Program-made: the position numbers and the translations under genes
The notes under the pieces: generated by a model
The model's input: only the letters and a program-made list of their open reading frames with translations
What the model was told of the DNA's origin: nothing
Databases searched by the model: none
NCBI GenBank assembly: GCA_963827275.1
Contig: CAWHAA010000005.1
Coordinates: 480,001 to 544,000, forward strand
Direction of reading: 5' to 3'
Source: an uncultured Spirochaetota bacterium
Lineage (GTDB): Bacteria; Spirochaetota; UBA4802; UBA5550
Length of the DNA: 64,000 nucleotides
Shown: positions 18,159-27,883 of the stretch, piece after piece
Layout of the letters: every line of letters begins with the position of its first letter
Numbering within the stretch: the first letter of the stretch is position 1

Positions 18159-21100
18159 ATGAAAAGAGACTTTCGGTTCAGGGAAATACCCTATAATTAC
18201 ACCTCGTTTTCAGACAAAGAGATCATCCTGAAATACTTTGACGAGGAGATGCTGAATATTGTCGATACGCTGCGCTCGCACCGCGTGACCGGGAGGAGCG
18301 CCCGTCTCCTCTTCGAGATCATCGGCGACTATTTCATCATCGACCGGAACCCCTACGTCCACAACGACCTGCTCGATATTGAAAAAAAACGGCAGCGCCT
18401 GAAGATGAACCACGAGGCGCGCATCGATATCATCCTGAAGGGCGCGCACAGCAACCCGCTCGTGGTCAAGCTGGTGGAGAAGCTCCGGGATGTTGACCGG
18501 AAGTTTTTCGAAAACTTCGAGGAAGAGAAGGCGCTGCGCAACAAAACGCTGCGGGTCCTCAGGGGGATCACCAGGTCAAAGAACATACAGTATTCCGCCT
18601 TTCACAAGGTCGCCCACGCCACCGACGCGTCCGACTGGCGCGTTGAATGCCCCTTCATGGTCGTGTACCCGGACAGCGTCAGGGAGGTCCGGGACATTGT
18701 CGCCGCGGCGAAGAAGCTCGGCCTGGCCATCATCCCGCGCGGCGGGGGCACGGGCCTGACCGGCGGCGCGGTGCCGGTCAGGAAAAAGACCCTGGTCGTC
18801 AACACGGAGAAGCTCAACAGGATCGACGGCGTCAGGACGATCACCGACGAGGGACGGGAGCTGCCGGTCGTGCGCGTCCAGGCCGGCGCGGTGACCGATG
18901 ACGTCATCGAGTACTGCTCGCACAGGGGCTATATCTTCGCCACCGACCCCACCTCCGCCTGGGCGTCGACGATCGGGGGCAATATCGCGGAAAACGCCGG
19001 CGGCAAGAAATGCGTCATGTGGGGGACCGCCATCGACAACCTCTACTCGTACCGCATCGTCAACGCGCGGGGCGACCTGATCGAGGTACGGCGCAAGGCG
19101 CACCCCTACAAGAAGATAGAGGAAGAAGACACGGTATCCTTCGATGTCGGGACGGTCGTCCACGGGGAATTCGTCTATTCGAACACCATCACCCTGAGCG
19201 GCACCGACATCAGGAAAAAGGGGCTGGGCAAGGACATCACCAACAAGGCCCTGAAGGGGCTCCCGGGAGTGCAGAAGGAGGGGGGCGACGGCATCATCGT
19301 GTCCGCCGAGTTCGTCCTGTACCGGCCGTTCAAGTTCTGCCGCACCGTCTGCCTCGAGTTTTTCGGAAACAACCTCATCAACGCCTCGAAGGCGATCGTG
19401 GACATCAGGAACGCCTTCGAGGACAATGACAGCGTATATCTCACCGCCCTCGAGCACTTTGACGACAAGTACATCCTCGCCATCAACTACCGGAACAAGT
19501 CGGAGCGGATGGAGGTGCCGAAGGCGGTTCTGCTCATAGACATCGAGGGGAATGACCGCGACATCGTGGCAAAGGCCGCCGAGTCGATCGTGGAGACGGT
19601 CAGAAAATACAACACCGACGCCTTCATCGCCGAGAAGGAGGAGCAGCGGAACCTGTTCTGGAGCGACCGCAAGAACCTCGGCGCGATCGCCCGGCACACG
19701 AACGCGTTCAAGCTGAACGAGGACGTCGTCATCCCGCTCGAGCGGCTCCCCGATTTCGCGAACTACATAGACCGCCTGAACATGCGCAAGGACCTCTCCA
19801 ACTGCATCAACGCCATCGACGGGCTGCTTGCGCGCATTGACAAAATTGACCGTGCGGACACGGCGGACCCGGGCCCGGAAAAGACAGCAAGCTTCAGGCA
19901 GGCGCTCGACGAAAAGAGAAAATGGTACGCCATATGCCTGGAGAACATCGACAAGCTGGCCGCCGGCATCACGGGCAGCAACCTCTTCATGTACAACAGG
20001 TCCGTCTTCGACGCGCTCCAGAGCGGCGAGATCAGGTATGCCTTTGACGACGTGGTGGAATATTACCGGAAGTTCTTTCACGGGTACGACGAGATCCTGG
20101 CGCAGCTCGACGAGGTCGTGGAAAAGCAGCGGAGCAGGCGGATCATCGTGGCCACGCACATGCATGCCGGCGACGGCAACGTCCATGTCAACATACCGGT
20201 CCACTCGAACGATTACCTCATGCTCCAGGAGGCGGACGGCACGGCCGGCGACATCATGGAAGAGACCGTCAGGCTGGGGGGGGTCATATCCGGGGAGCAC
20301 GGCATCGGCCTCACCAAGCTGCGCTTCATAGACGACTCGGTCCTGTCGGACTACCAGTCATACAAGGAGACGGCGGACCCCGACGACCTGTTCAACCCGG
20401 GAAAGCTGAGCAGGTCCCTGCCCCTTTCCACGATCTACACGCCGTCCTTCAACCTGCTCGAGCTGGAGGCGTTCATCCTCGAGGCGACCGACCTGAAGGA
20501 CCTGTCCACGTCGATAGCGTCGTGCGTCAGGTGCGGCAAGTGCAAGGCCGTGTGCAACACGCACAACCCCGGCGGCGCGATGTTCTACAACCCGCGCAAC
20601 AAGATACTCGGGGTGGGGCTGGTCACGGAAGCGGTGCTCTACGACGCGCAGACGTCGAAAACGCTTTCGTTCAAGGATTTCAGCAAGCTCAAGGACATAT
20701 CGGACCACTGCACCATGTGCCACCGGTGCAAGGCCCCCTGCCCGGTGAAGATCGATTTCGGCGTCACCACGCTCGCGATGCGGACCCTGCTGGTATCGAG
20801 AAAAATGTCGCGGTCCCCGCTGATCACGCGCTTCGCGCTGTTTTACCTCTCCCTCAAGGGTTATTATACCAACCGGCTGTTCAAGGTGGCGCTCTTCAAG
20901 ATCGGCTACAGGGCGCAGCGGCTGGCCTTCACGCTCCTGAAGCCTGCCAGGAAGCTGCATATCGCCGCAAAATCGAAGCTCATGGCGATGGTCGCGGCGC
21001 CGCTCCCCGTCGCGGGGACGGCCTCCCTGCGTGAGCGCCTCGGGCTGACCGACACTAACATGTTCTACGTGTTCGAGAACCCGGACATGCCCGTGAAAAA

Positions 21101-21866
21101 AAGCGTTCTCTATTTTCCCGGGTGCGGCTCGGAGCGGATGTTCCCGGACATCAGCTACGCCGTCATGGCGCTCCTGTACCATGCCGGCGTCCGCGTCGTC
21201 CTGCCGCCCGAGTACCTCTGCTGCGGCTACCCGATGCAGGCGAACGGCAGGCAGGAGATCGCCGACCTGAAGAGCTACGAGAACCGCGTGGTGCTGCACC
21301 GTATATCGGAGACGGTCCAGTACATGGAGATAAAGGACATCATCGTTTCGTGCGGCACCTGCTTCGAGATGCTCGAGAAATACGACATGGAAAATATCTT
21401 CAGCGGCGCGCGGGTATGCGACATCCACGAGTTTCTGGTCGATGAGCACGCCTACCCCGCCACCGCGCCGGCCGGCCCCCTCGTCTACCACGAACCGTGC
21501 CACTCGCCCCTGCGCGCCCACGGCGCCGGGAAGGTGTTTTCAGCGATGTTCGCGTCAGACCCGCTGCTCGTGCCCAACTGCTGCGGTGAGGGCGGGACCA
21601 TGTCGCTGTCGACCCCCGAAATATCGAACGCGCTCAGGGAGCGGAAGATAAAGAACATCGTCGACTGCAACGCGGCTTCCGCCGGCATCATCCTGACCAC
21701 CTGCCCGAGCTGCGTGCAGGGCCTGTCGAAAATCCACGGGGCGCTGCCGCTCACCGGGCAGCACCTGTCGGTATACGCCGCCCGCGTCCTGATAGGCGCG
21801 GACTGGAAGGAACGGTTCGTCCGCTCACTGCAAAGCGGCAAGGCGGTGGAAAAAGTCCTGTATTGA
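18159..21866 (+). CDS. Large FAD-linked oxidase/Fe-S fusion (DUF3683 + FAD_binding_4 + FAD-oxidase_C + Fer4 + CCG domains)
   Basis: FREIPYNYTSFSD, PRGGGTGLTGGAVP, DPTSA.ASTIGGNIAENAGG, HMHAGDGNVH, SGEHGIG, CVRCGKC...C, CTMCHRC..PCPV, CCGYP, CCGEGG, TCPSC. Confidence 0.92.
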   Translation: MKRDFRFREIPYNYTSFSDKEIILKYFDEEMLNIVDTLRSHRVTGRSARLLFEIIGDYFIIDRNPYVHNDLLDIEKKRQRLKMNHEARIDIILKGAHSNPLVVKLVEKLRDVDRKFFENFEEEKALRNKTLRVLRGITRSKNIQYSAFHKVAHATDASDWRVECPFMVVYPDSVREVRDIVAAAKKLGLAIIPRGGGTGLTGGAVPVRKKTLVVNTEKLNRIDGVRTITDEGRELPVVRVQAGAVTDDVIEYCSHRGYIFATDPTSAWASTIGGNIAENAGGKKCVMWGTAIDNLYSYRIVNARGDLIEVRRKAHPYKKIEEEDTVSFDVGTVVHGEFVYSNTITLSGTDIRKKGLGKDITNKALKGLPGVQKEGGDGIIVSAEFVLYRPFKFCRTVCLEFFGNNLINASKAIVDIRNAFEDNDSVYLTALEHFDDKYILAINYRNKSERMEVPKAVLLIDIEGNDRDIVAKAAESIVETVRKYNTDAFIAEKEEQRNLFWSDRKNLGAIARHTNAFKLNEDVVIPLERLPDFANYIDRLNMRKDLSNCINAIDGLLARIDKIDRADTADPGPEKTASFRQALDEKRKWYAICLENIDKLAAGITGSNLFMYNRSVFDALQSGEIRYAFDDVVEYYRKFFHGYDEILAQLDEVVEKQRSRRIIVATHMHAGDGNVHVNIPVHSNDYLMLQEADGTAGDIMEETVRLGGVISGEHGIGLTKLRFIDDSVLSDYQSYKETADPDDLFNPGKLSRSLPLSTIYTPSFNLLELEAFILEATDLKDLSTSIASCVRCGKCKAVCNTHNPGGAMFYNPRNKILGVGLVTEAVLYDAQTSKTLSFKDFSKLKDISDHCTMCHRCKAPCPVKIDFGVTTLAMRTLLVSRKMSRSPLITRFALFYLSLKGYYTNRLFKVALFKIGYRAQRLAFTLLKPARKLHIAAKSKLMAMVAAPLPVAGTASLRERLGLTDTNMFYVFENPDMPVKKSVLYFPGCGSERMFPDISYAVMALLYHAGVRVVLPPEYLCCGYPMQANGRQEIADLKSYENRVVLHRISETVQYMEIKDIIVSCGTCFEMLEKYDMENIFSGARVCDIHEFLVDEHAYPATAPAGPLVYHEPCHSPLRAHGAGKVFSAMFASDPLLVPNCCGEGGTMSLSTPEISNALRERKIKNIVDCNAASAGIILTTCPSCVQGLSKIHGALPLTGQHLSVYAARVLIGADWKERFVRSLQSGKAVEKVLY

Positions 21867-21911
21867 CACGCCGGCCCCGCCGGGCGGCGCACATCACGGG
21901 AGGCATGGAAC

Positions 21912-22394
21912 ATGCGCACCACCGAGGATGAAAAATTCATGCGCCTCGCCATCGACAAGGCGCGCGAGGGCGTACGCTGCGGACAGACGCCGTTCGGCGC
22001 CTGCATCGTGTCCCCCGACGGTATCGTGCTCGCGTGTGACCACAATACCGTGTGGCACGCGACGGACATCACCGCCCACGGCGAGGTCGGCGCGATACGC
22101 TCCGCGTGCAGGGCGCTCGGGTCGATAGACCTCTCCGGCTGCACCATCTACTCGACGACGGAGCCCTGCCCCATGTGCTTCAGCGCCATCCACTGGGCGA
22201 AGATCAGGCGCATCGTGTACGGCGCGTCGATCGCGGACGCGCAGGCCGCGGGGTTCAACGAGCTTTCCATCGCCACTACCGTCATGAAGGAGACCGGGGG
22301 GAGTCCGGTCGAAGTGGAGGGAGGGTGCCTGCGCGAGGAGTGCGCCGCCCTCTTCGCCGAGTGGAAGGACTCGGGCAACGCCAGGCCCTACTAG
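21912..22394 (+). CDS. Zn-dependent nucleoside deaminase (guanine-deaminase GuaD-like)
   Basis: PFGA, AHGEV.AIR and EPCPMCFSAIHWA. C-terminal Tyr as in GuaD-type enzymes. Confidence 0.88.
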   Translation: MRTTEDEKFMRLAIDKAREGVRCGQTPFGACIVSPDGIVLACDHNTVWHATDITAHGEVGAIRSACRALGSIDLSGCTIYSTTEPCPMCFSAIHWAKIRRIVYGASIADAQAAGFNELSIATTVMKETGGSPVEVEGGCLREECAALFAEWKDSGNARPY

Positions 22395-22431
22395 GCCGGC
22401 GCCCGGCAGTGCAAAGACGCGGGGCAGACCC

Positions 22432-23010
22432 ATGGTATACCTGATCGGCGTTGACCACCTGGTCCAGTACAGCGGCCCGGTCCCCGAGCCGCTCCGGCTG
22501 GAGTTCCAGCGCTTCCTCGTGGAGAGCGCGCGCGGTTTCGGCGCCTCCCTGATCGCCGAGGAGTTCAGCCGCGAGGCGCTCGAGGAGGTCTACCACGCGG
22601 CGATCGGCACCGCCCGGGAGGCGGCCCGGGCACTCGGCATTTCCCACCGCTACTGCGACCCGGAGGAGCCGGACATGAGGAGGCTGGGCATCCCCTATTT
22701 CACGGAGCTCGTCGACCGGGTGAAGGAGCGCCGCGGCATTTCGGACCGCTTCATCCTTGACCGGGACCTCAGGGAGAGCGTACGGCGGGAGGCGGCCGGC
22801 CTCGCGCGGTCATACTGGCCGGTGCGGGAAGCATTCTGGTACGACAGGATCGCGCCGGATACCGGCTCGAACATCCTGTTCATTTGCGGGCACGAGCATG
22901 TCCCGCGCTTCCAGTCCCTCGTCCGGGAGCGGGGGCACGGGTGCACGGTCCTTGATCCGTTCTGGCGCGGTGAGATCTTCAGTGATTACGCGAATTTTAA
23001 TCTTGATTGA
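22432..23010 (+). CDS. Hypothetical protein, possible TraB/ChaN/EreA-like fold
   Basis: LIGVDH, LIAEE, REAFW and LFICGHEH motif pattern. Confidence 0.6.
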   Translation: MVYLIGVDHLVQYSGPVPEPLRLEFQRFLVESARGFGASLIAEEFSREALEEVYHAAIGTAREAARALGISHRYCDPEEPDMRRLGIPYFTELVDRVKERRGISDRFILDRDLRESVRREAAGLARSYWPVREAFWYDRIAPDTGSNILFICGHEHVPRFQSLVRERGHGCTVLDPFWRGEIFSDYANFNLD

Positions 23011-23053
23011 ACCGGCGCCGTTTCACATAATCAATTAAAGGAAAGGAACAGGG

Positions 23054-23500
23054 ATGAAAGCACGGACATTAAAAAAGATCTTCACGCTGTGGCCGCCGTA
23101 CAGGGGGGCCGGCATACGCGTGAAGCATATCGCTGACGACTATTCGGAAGTGATCGTCACCATGGCGCTGCACTGGTACAACAGGAATTACGTCAGCACC
23201 CATTTCGGCGGGAGCCTCTACTCGATGGTCGACCCCTTCTACATGCTGATGATCATGAATATTCTCGGGAACGATTATATCGTGTGGGACAAATCCGCCG
23301 CGATAGAGTTCGTCGCTCCGGGCAAGGGAACGGTGTCCGCGCATTTCAGGATGGGCGCCGGCCAGGTCGCGGAGATCAGGGAAAAGACCGCGGGGGGAGA
23401 GACCTTCCTGCCCGAGTACGAGGTCGATGTCATCGACGGGCAGGGGGAAGTGGTCGCAAAGGTGAAGAAAAAGCTCTACATACGCAGGAAAAACAGGTGA
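23054..23500 (+). CDS. DUF4442/YiiD-type hot-dog thioesterase-like protein
   Basis: WPPYRGAGI, NRNYVSTHFGGSLYSMVDPFYMLM and YIVWDKSA.IEF..PG. AGGA RBS. Confidence 0.9.
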   Translation: MKARTLKKIFTLWPPYRGAGIRVKHIADDYSEVIVTMALHWYNRNYVSTHFGGSLYSMVDPFYMLMIMNILGNDYIVWDKSAAIEFVAPGKGTVSAHFRMGAGQVAEIREKTAGGETFLPEYEVDVIDGQGEVVAKVKKKLYIRRKNR

Positions 23501-23533
23501 TCGTCCCGCCCTGTCAGAAGCCGGGCATCCACC

Positions 23534-24001
23534 CTACCCGGCGATGACCCAGAATTCCCCGTTGAATGCAACCGTAACCTCGCCCGGTCCGTCAGCATCA
23601 AAATAGCTGAAAATCACCTCGGGGCGGTTTTGCCTCATGAACTCCGATGCCTCGGTTTCCGAGGTAATTTCAAACGCCCACCACACGGCCAGCTCCGCGG
23701 TGCTTTCATTTATCTTGCCGTCCCAGCCGAACGGCATGTTTGTCGCGAGGGGCTCTATGCCGCTCCCCGTCGCGGGCACCGTTACAAGGATCAGGTCATC
23801 TTTTGAAAACAGGTACCTGCCCGGCCCGGCAGTGAACAGCGCGGCGCGCCGCAGGCTCATTGACCATCCGCCCGACATGTTCCCCTCTTTGCTCGTGCCG
23901 AAAGGCGTGCGGACAAACGGGTCGCCCCCTGTTTCTCTTTCAATCTCAGCCACAACATCATCCAGGCGATTACTGGCGGAGCCGGAGAGTCTCATCTGCA
24001 T
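23534..24001 (-). CDS. Hypothetical protein
   Basis: 155-aa ORF with natural composition, filling the gap between DUF4442 and hemerythrin. AGGA upstream. Confidence 0.6.
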   Translation of the reverse strand: MQMRLSGSASNRLDDVVAEIERETGGDPFVRTPFGTSKEGNMSGGWSMSLRRAALFTAGPGRYLFSKDDLILVTVPATGSGIEPLATNMPFGWDGKINESTAELAVWWAFEITSETEASEFMRQNRPEVIFSYFDADGPGEVTVAFNGEFWVIAG

Positions 24002-24080
24002 CTATCCTGCCTGATATACGTTTCGCCGCCTCACGGAAAGGACTTCCGGAACCGGCGGTGCGGGCCGCATACGGCCTGTT

Positions 24081-24488
24081 TCAGGCGACGCCCTTCCCGA
24101 TGAAGAAGTCGCGGTACTTCATGTCAGTGCCCTTGATGTGGTTGACCAGCCAGTCCTTCAGGAAGAGCATCAGCTCAAGCGAAAATGAGGCCTTCCCCTC
24201 GGAAAGGCGGGTTTTAAATTCACCCACCCGCCTGATCAGCTCCTGATGCTCGCGGCGGTGGACCTCGATCGCGGGGTACGCGAATTCCTTCATCAGGTCC
24301 TCCTCGCGCGCGAAATGCCCCTTCGTGTAATCGATCAGGCCGTCAAGAATATAGGTCATCTGTGATATCCCGATTCCCGAGACGATACCGCCATGGAGGT
24401 CGTTGATAAAACCGACCAGCCGGCGGTGATCTTCGTTGAAAATGGAAACACCGACATCCAGGGTATCGTCCCACGTCACATATGGCAT
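24081..24488 (-). CDS. Bacteriohemerythrin
   Basis: W....VG....DH, HF..EE.LM....YP....H...H and WLVNHI...D..Y di-iron ligand pattern. Confidence 0.95.
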   Translation of the reverse strand: MPYVTWDDTLDVGVSIFNEDHRRLVGFINDLHGGIVSGIGISQMTYILDGLIDYTKGHFAREEDLMKEFAYPAIEVHRREHQELIRRVGEFKTRLSEGKASFSLELMLFLKDWLVNHIKGTDMKYRDFFIGKGVA

Positions 24489-24617
24489 ATCCGCATCCTC
24501 CGAGGTATCATTACATGGTATAGTTCAAGTATGTGCGCCCTTATCAGCACACTACCCGGGCACAGCGGGCCGCATACGCCCCCGCCCGGCTTAATTGAGC
24601 CCTGCAACATACACCTG

Positions 24618-25700
24618 CTACGTATTCCCCTTTGCCGCATCAACGTCGGACTGGAAGTCGAGGGACGACCGCATGAAGGTGTATCTCTCCGGCGCAGGGG
24701 GCCGGCGGACCCTGTCATCAGGCTTCAGCTCCATCGCGACGGCGCCGGCAGGGCATCCGGTGACGCAGATGCCGCAGCCGATGCAGCGTTCACGGTTGAT
24801 ATCGACCGCGTCGCCCACGGCAATCGCTTTCATGGGACACCGGTCGGCGCAGACACCGCATGCGGTGCAGCTGTCATTATCAAAGACCGGCGTATAATTG
24901 GATGATAAATACCGCCCCGGATTCGGGAGACGGGCGAGCATGCGCAGGATCCCGCAGCAGTCAGCGCAGCAGTTGCAGATGCACTCAACGTTGCGCGAAT
25001 CGCCCCCGGCCTGATGCACCAGCCCCTGCTCCCTGGCCAGCTCCAGTACCCCGAGCGCCTCCTCGCGGGTGATCCACCTGCCGAAACCCCGCTCGATGGG
25101 ATATTCCGCGTAAAAATCGAAAGCGATGCACACTTCGCTGGGCTTGCCGCATTTCGAACCGAGCGCCTTCACATGGTGATTGCACGCGCACTCGAAAAGA
25201 CCGATGCGCTCCTTGCTCATGATTATGGCGCGCACATTGTCGTACGGGAGAACGCTCTTACGGTCGGACAATTCCACCTCTACCGGCACCACGCGCAGGG
25301 CCCTCGATTTCGGGATAAAACCGCCCATGATGTAGTCCTCCATGAGCTTCGGCAATTCCGGGTCCGGGTCCTTCCGGTAGACCTGATGCTCGAAAAACCC
25401 GTGCATGAACGGCGCGGCGGCATAGAACGGCCGCCCCTCCACCATCTTCGGAAAGACATGCCCCTTTCCGCACATCCGCGCCAGCACGGCACCCGCTTCT
25501 TCCCCGGGAATGCCGAGCCGGGCGGCAATTACCTCCACCGGTTCAAGAGCGCGCGTCAACGCCAGGTAATACCGCGCCTCTTCCCCTGTAAACAGCTGGC
25601 GGAGCAGCGCAAGCTCCTTGCCGGTCCCGGTGGCATTCATCCCTATAGAGTACTGGTCAATGCGTTCCCGTAGTTTTTCATATATGTCGTCTTCTGTCAT
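24618..25700 (-). CDS. wHTH-like + Cys-rich 4Fe-4S binding protein
   Basis: LFTGEEA...IAARLG...L.RM..KG N-terminus, CAC, CIAF, GLVH, ICNCCADCC and two ferredoxin motifs. Confidence 0.88.
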   Translation of the reverse strand: MTEDDIYEKLRERIDQYSIGMNATGTGKELALLRQLFTGEEARYYLALTRALEPVEVIAARLGIPGEEAGAVLARMCGKGHVFPKMVEGRPFYAAAPFMHGFFEHQVYRKDPDPELPKLMEDYIMGGFIPKSRALRVVPVEVELSDRKSVLPYDNVRAIIMSKERIGLFECACNHHVKALGSKCGKPSEVCIAFDFYAEYPIERGFGRWITREEALGVLELAREQGLVHQAGGDSRNVECICNCCADCCGILRMLARLPNPGRYLSSNYTPVFDNDSCTACGVCADRCPMKAIAVGDAVDINRERCIGCGICVTGCPAGAVAMELKPDDRVRRPPAPERYTFMRSSLDFQSDVDAAKGNT

Positions 25701-25763
25701 TCCCCTTCCTCCCGCCGGTCTTCTTCCATTATATAATCCGCCTCGCGACGGAGTGCCGGTATG

Positions 25764-26486
25764 TCACGCAACGCCCTGCGTGCCGCCCTGGCCCCCTGCC
25801 GGGGGCCATAGTACCGAGGACGGGTCGCCGCCCTTCAGCCGCGTGTATGCCGCGGCGTAGGCAATCATGGACACCGGGATGGCGACCAGCAGTCCCACGA
25901 AGAGAAGCAACACCCCGGCAAGGAGGATAAGCGCGTTGACGAGGCCCAGGAGGAACAGCGTTCCCACAAAGCCCTTCGTGATACGCGCGCTCTCCCGGTA
26001 CGCATCGATCACGGGCAGCCCGTCGGCAACGAGATAAAACACCATGGAAAAGCGCAGCAGCGCGATGACCATGACAGCAAAGCTCACAACGCCAAGGGCG
26101 ATGGTGCAATAGGGAACGAAGCCCGTCAGGCCGCCGTTGATCGCCACGTCGATGCCGAAGCCGATCGCGGCGGGGATGCAGGCCGCCAGGACAACGCAGG
26201 CATAGAGCCAGTAGGCGCCGATGAAGCTCCCGAGCTTTTTGAACCCCTGGAACAGGTCATCGACCCTGCCCTCGTCGCCCCGCAGAATTTTCAGGACGAA
26301 AATCGCCAGGCCTCCGGTCAGCACGGGGGTCACCACCACGGCGACCGCGACATTTATCACCGGGATGGCCCCGCCGGCCGTTGTTATGACGGCGTAAATC
26401 AATATGATTCCTATCGATATGCCGGCATTTTTCTTGAAGCAGCTCCATCCGTCATTGATGCATGCGCCTATGGTCAACCGGGTCAT
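25764..26486 (-). CDS. Integral membrane protein (DUF975-like)
   Basis: GW..FK, multiple TM helices, DDLFQGF, A...S..ITKG, GLLVAIP and AAAY pattern. Confidence 0.8.
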   Translation of the reverse strand: MTRLTIGACINDGWSCFKKNAGISIGIILIYAVITTAGGAIPVINVAVAVVVTPVLTGGLAIFVLKILRGDEGRVDDLFQGFKKLGSFIGAYWLYACVVLAACIPAAIGFGIDVAINGGLTGFVPYCTIALGVVSFAVMVIALLRFSMVFYLVADGLPVIDAYRESARITKGFVGTLFLLGLVNALILLAGVLLLFVGLLVAIPVSMIAYAAAYTRLKGGDPSSVLWPPAGGQGGTQGVA

Positions 26487-26674
26487 GTCAGTTGCCCCCT
26501 TATTTTAGATGTAACTACAATATATCACCGGACCTATAAATTGTCGAGAAAATTACTGGCATAACTACTCCCGGCAGGGGACCATATATTATGTTTGACG
26601 AATACCCCGCCGGGGAGTAGAAAAAGCATAGATGCCGGCAATGCCGCATAGTTTTTTCACCGAGGACAGGCGCC

Positions 26675-27862
26675 ATGAAAATTTTTTCCCCAGCTATTGT
26701 CACACTACTGGCCGCGCTTTTCATTTCAGCCGCCGTGCATGCGAACGACACCGTGTCGGTGCTCTATTTCGACAACAGTGCCAGGAACCAGGAATACGCA
26801 TGGCTCTCCAAGGGGATCGCCGACATGCTCATCTCTGACATCGCGGGCCGCGGCGCGGTCGATGTCATTGAAAGGGAAAACCTTAAAAAGGTGCTCGACG
26901 AGCAGCAGCTCTCGCTCTCCGGACTTGTTGACGACAAAAAGGCCCTCGAGCTCGGGAAGCTGTTAAGCGCGGGCAGGCTCATCTACGGCTCCTTCATCAT
27001 AAAGGGCAACGCCCTGATCATCAACGGAAAGCTCACCGAGACGCAGACGGGGAAGATTACCGCCGCCTTCACATCGCAGGGCACCGTCAATGGCCTCCTC
27101 GCGGTGAAAGATGACTTTTCAATCAAGGTGCGGAAGGCCCTCGGTATCGAAATAACCGGATCGCCCGGGACGGAGCGGGCAACGCCCCTCCAGGCGATAA
27201 AAAACTACTACCAGGGCCTTGACCTGCTGGACAGGGGAGCGGTGGATGACGCGCGAAAAAAATTCGAGGAGGCCAGCACCATAGACCCCTATTATCTGAA
27301 GCCGTACCAGGGGATCGAGGAGTCGTATAAATACCTGAAAGATTTCATCAAGATGCGCCACCAGAGGGAAATCGCCGTCCTGTACGACAATATAGCGAAG
27401 ATCCAGGCCCGTCTGAAGGAGAGCCCGTGGCGCACCTTTGCCGACATCGTGAACGACCCCCGGTATGCGAAACTGCGCCAGCAGGACGAGGCGCGCTATA
27501 ACCGGGAGGTGTACGCCTACTACCAGGGCGAAACGCCCGCGGTATGCACCTGGAATTTACAGAACAACCTCTTCGAGCTCGCCGACCTGTACGAGGAGCA
27601 CTTCAACGACAGGGCCAGGGCCGATGCCCTCAACAAAGAGGTGATCTCCGTCACGGAAAAGTCGAGGAAGCTTTTCGCCAGGGACCCTTTCCTCCCGGAG
27701 ATACTCTACGCGGGCCTCCGCGCGGGCGTCTATTTCGAGGACTGGAAGGACGTCAAGAAGCGGTGCGAGGAGCTGATGTCGGGCTATCCCGACTACCGCA
27801 TGATGTGGGCCATCGAGGATTTCTACAAGCGCGCGCTCGAGAAGCTCTCTGACAAGAAGTGA
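26675..27862 (+). CDS. Exported CsgG/FlgO-like domain + TPR protein
   Basis: Signal peptide, VSVLYFDN, IERENL.KVL.EQ.LS.SGLVD...A.ELGKLL.A..LIYGS, then TPR-like YYQGLDLLD.G....A...F..A..IDP. Confidence 0.85.
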   Translation: MKIFSPAIVTLLAALFISAAVHANDTVSVLYFDNSARNQEYAWLSKGIADMLISDIAGRGAVDVIERENLKKVLDEQQLSLSGLVDDKKALELGKLLSAGRLIYGSFIIKGNALIINGKLTETQTGKITAAFTSQGTVNGLLAVKDDFSIKVRKALGIEITGSPGTERATPLQAIKNYYQGLDLLDRGAVDDARKKFEEASTIDPYYLKPYQGIEESYKYLKDFIKMRHQREIAVLYDNIAKIQARLKESPWRTFADIVNDPRYAKLRQQDEARYNREVYAYYQGETPAVCTWNLQNNLFELADLYEEHFNDRARADALNKEVISVTEKSRKLFARDPFLPEILYAGLRAGVYFEDWKDVKKRCEELMSGYPDYRMMWAIEDFYKRALEKLSDKK

Positions 27863-27883
27863 GGGACTGGCCCGCGCCCCGCG

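Noticed and set aside
18576..20300. 574-aa antisense ORF, and similar long shadow ORFs such as 715..1833, 20358..21521, 29459..30631, 44185..45555 and 60534..61700
   Set aside because: They are antisense to well-supported genes and lack motifs. Such ORFs are expected from high-GC codon bias.
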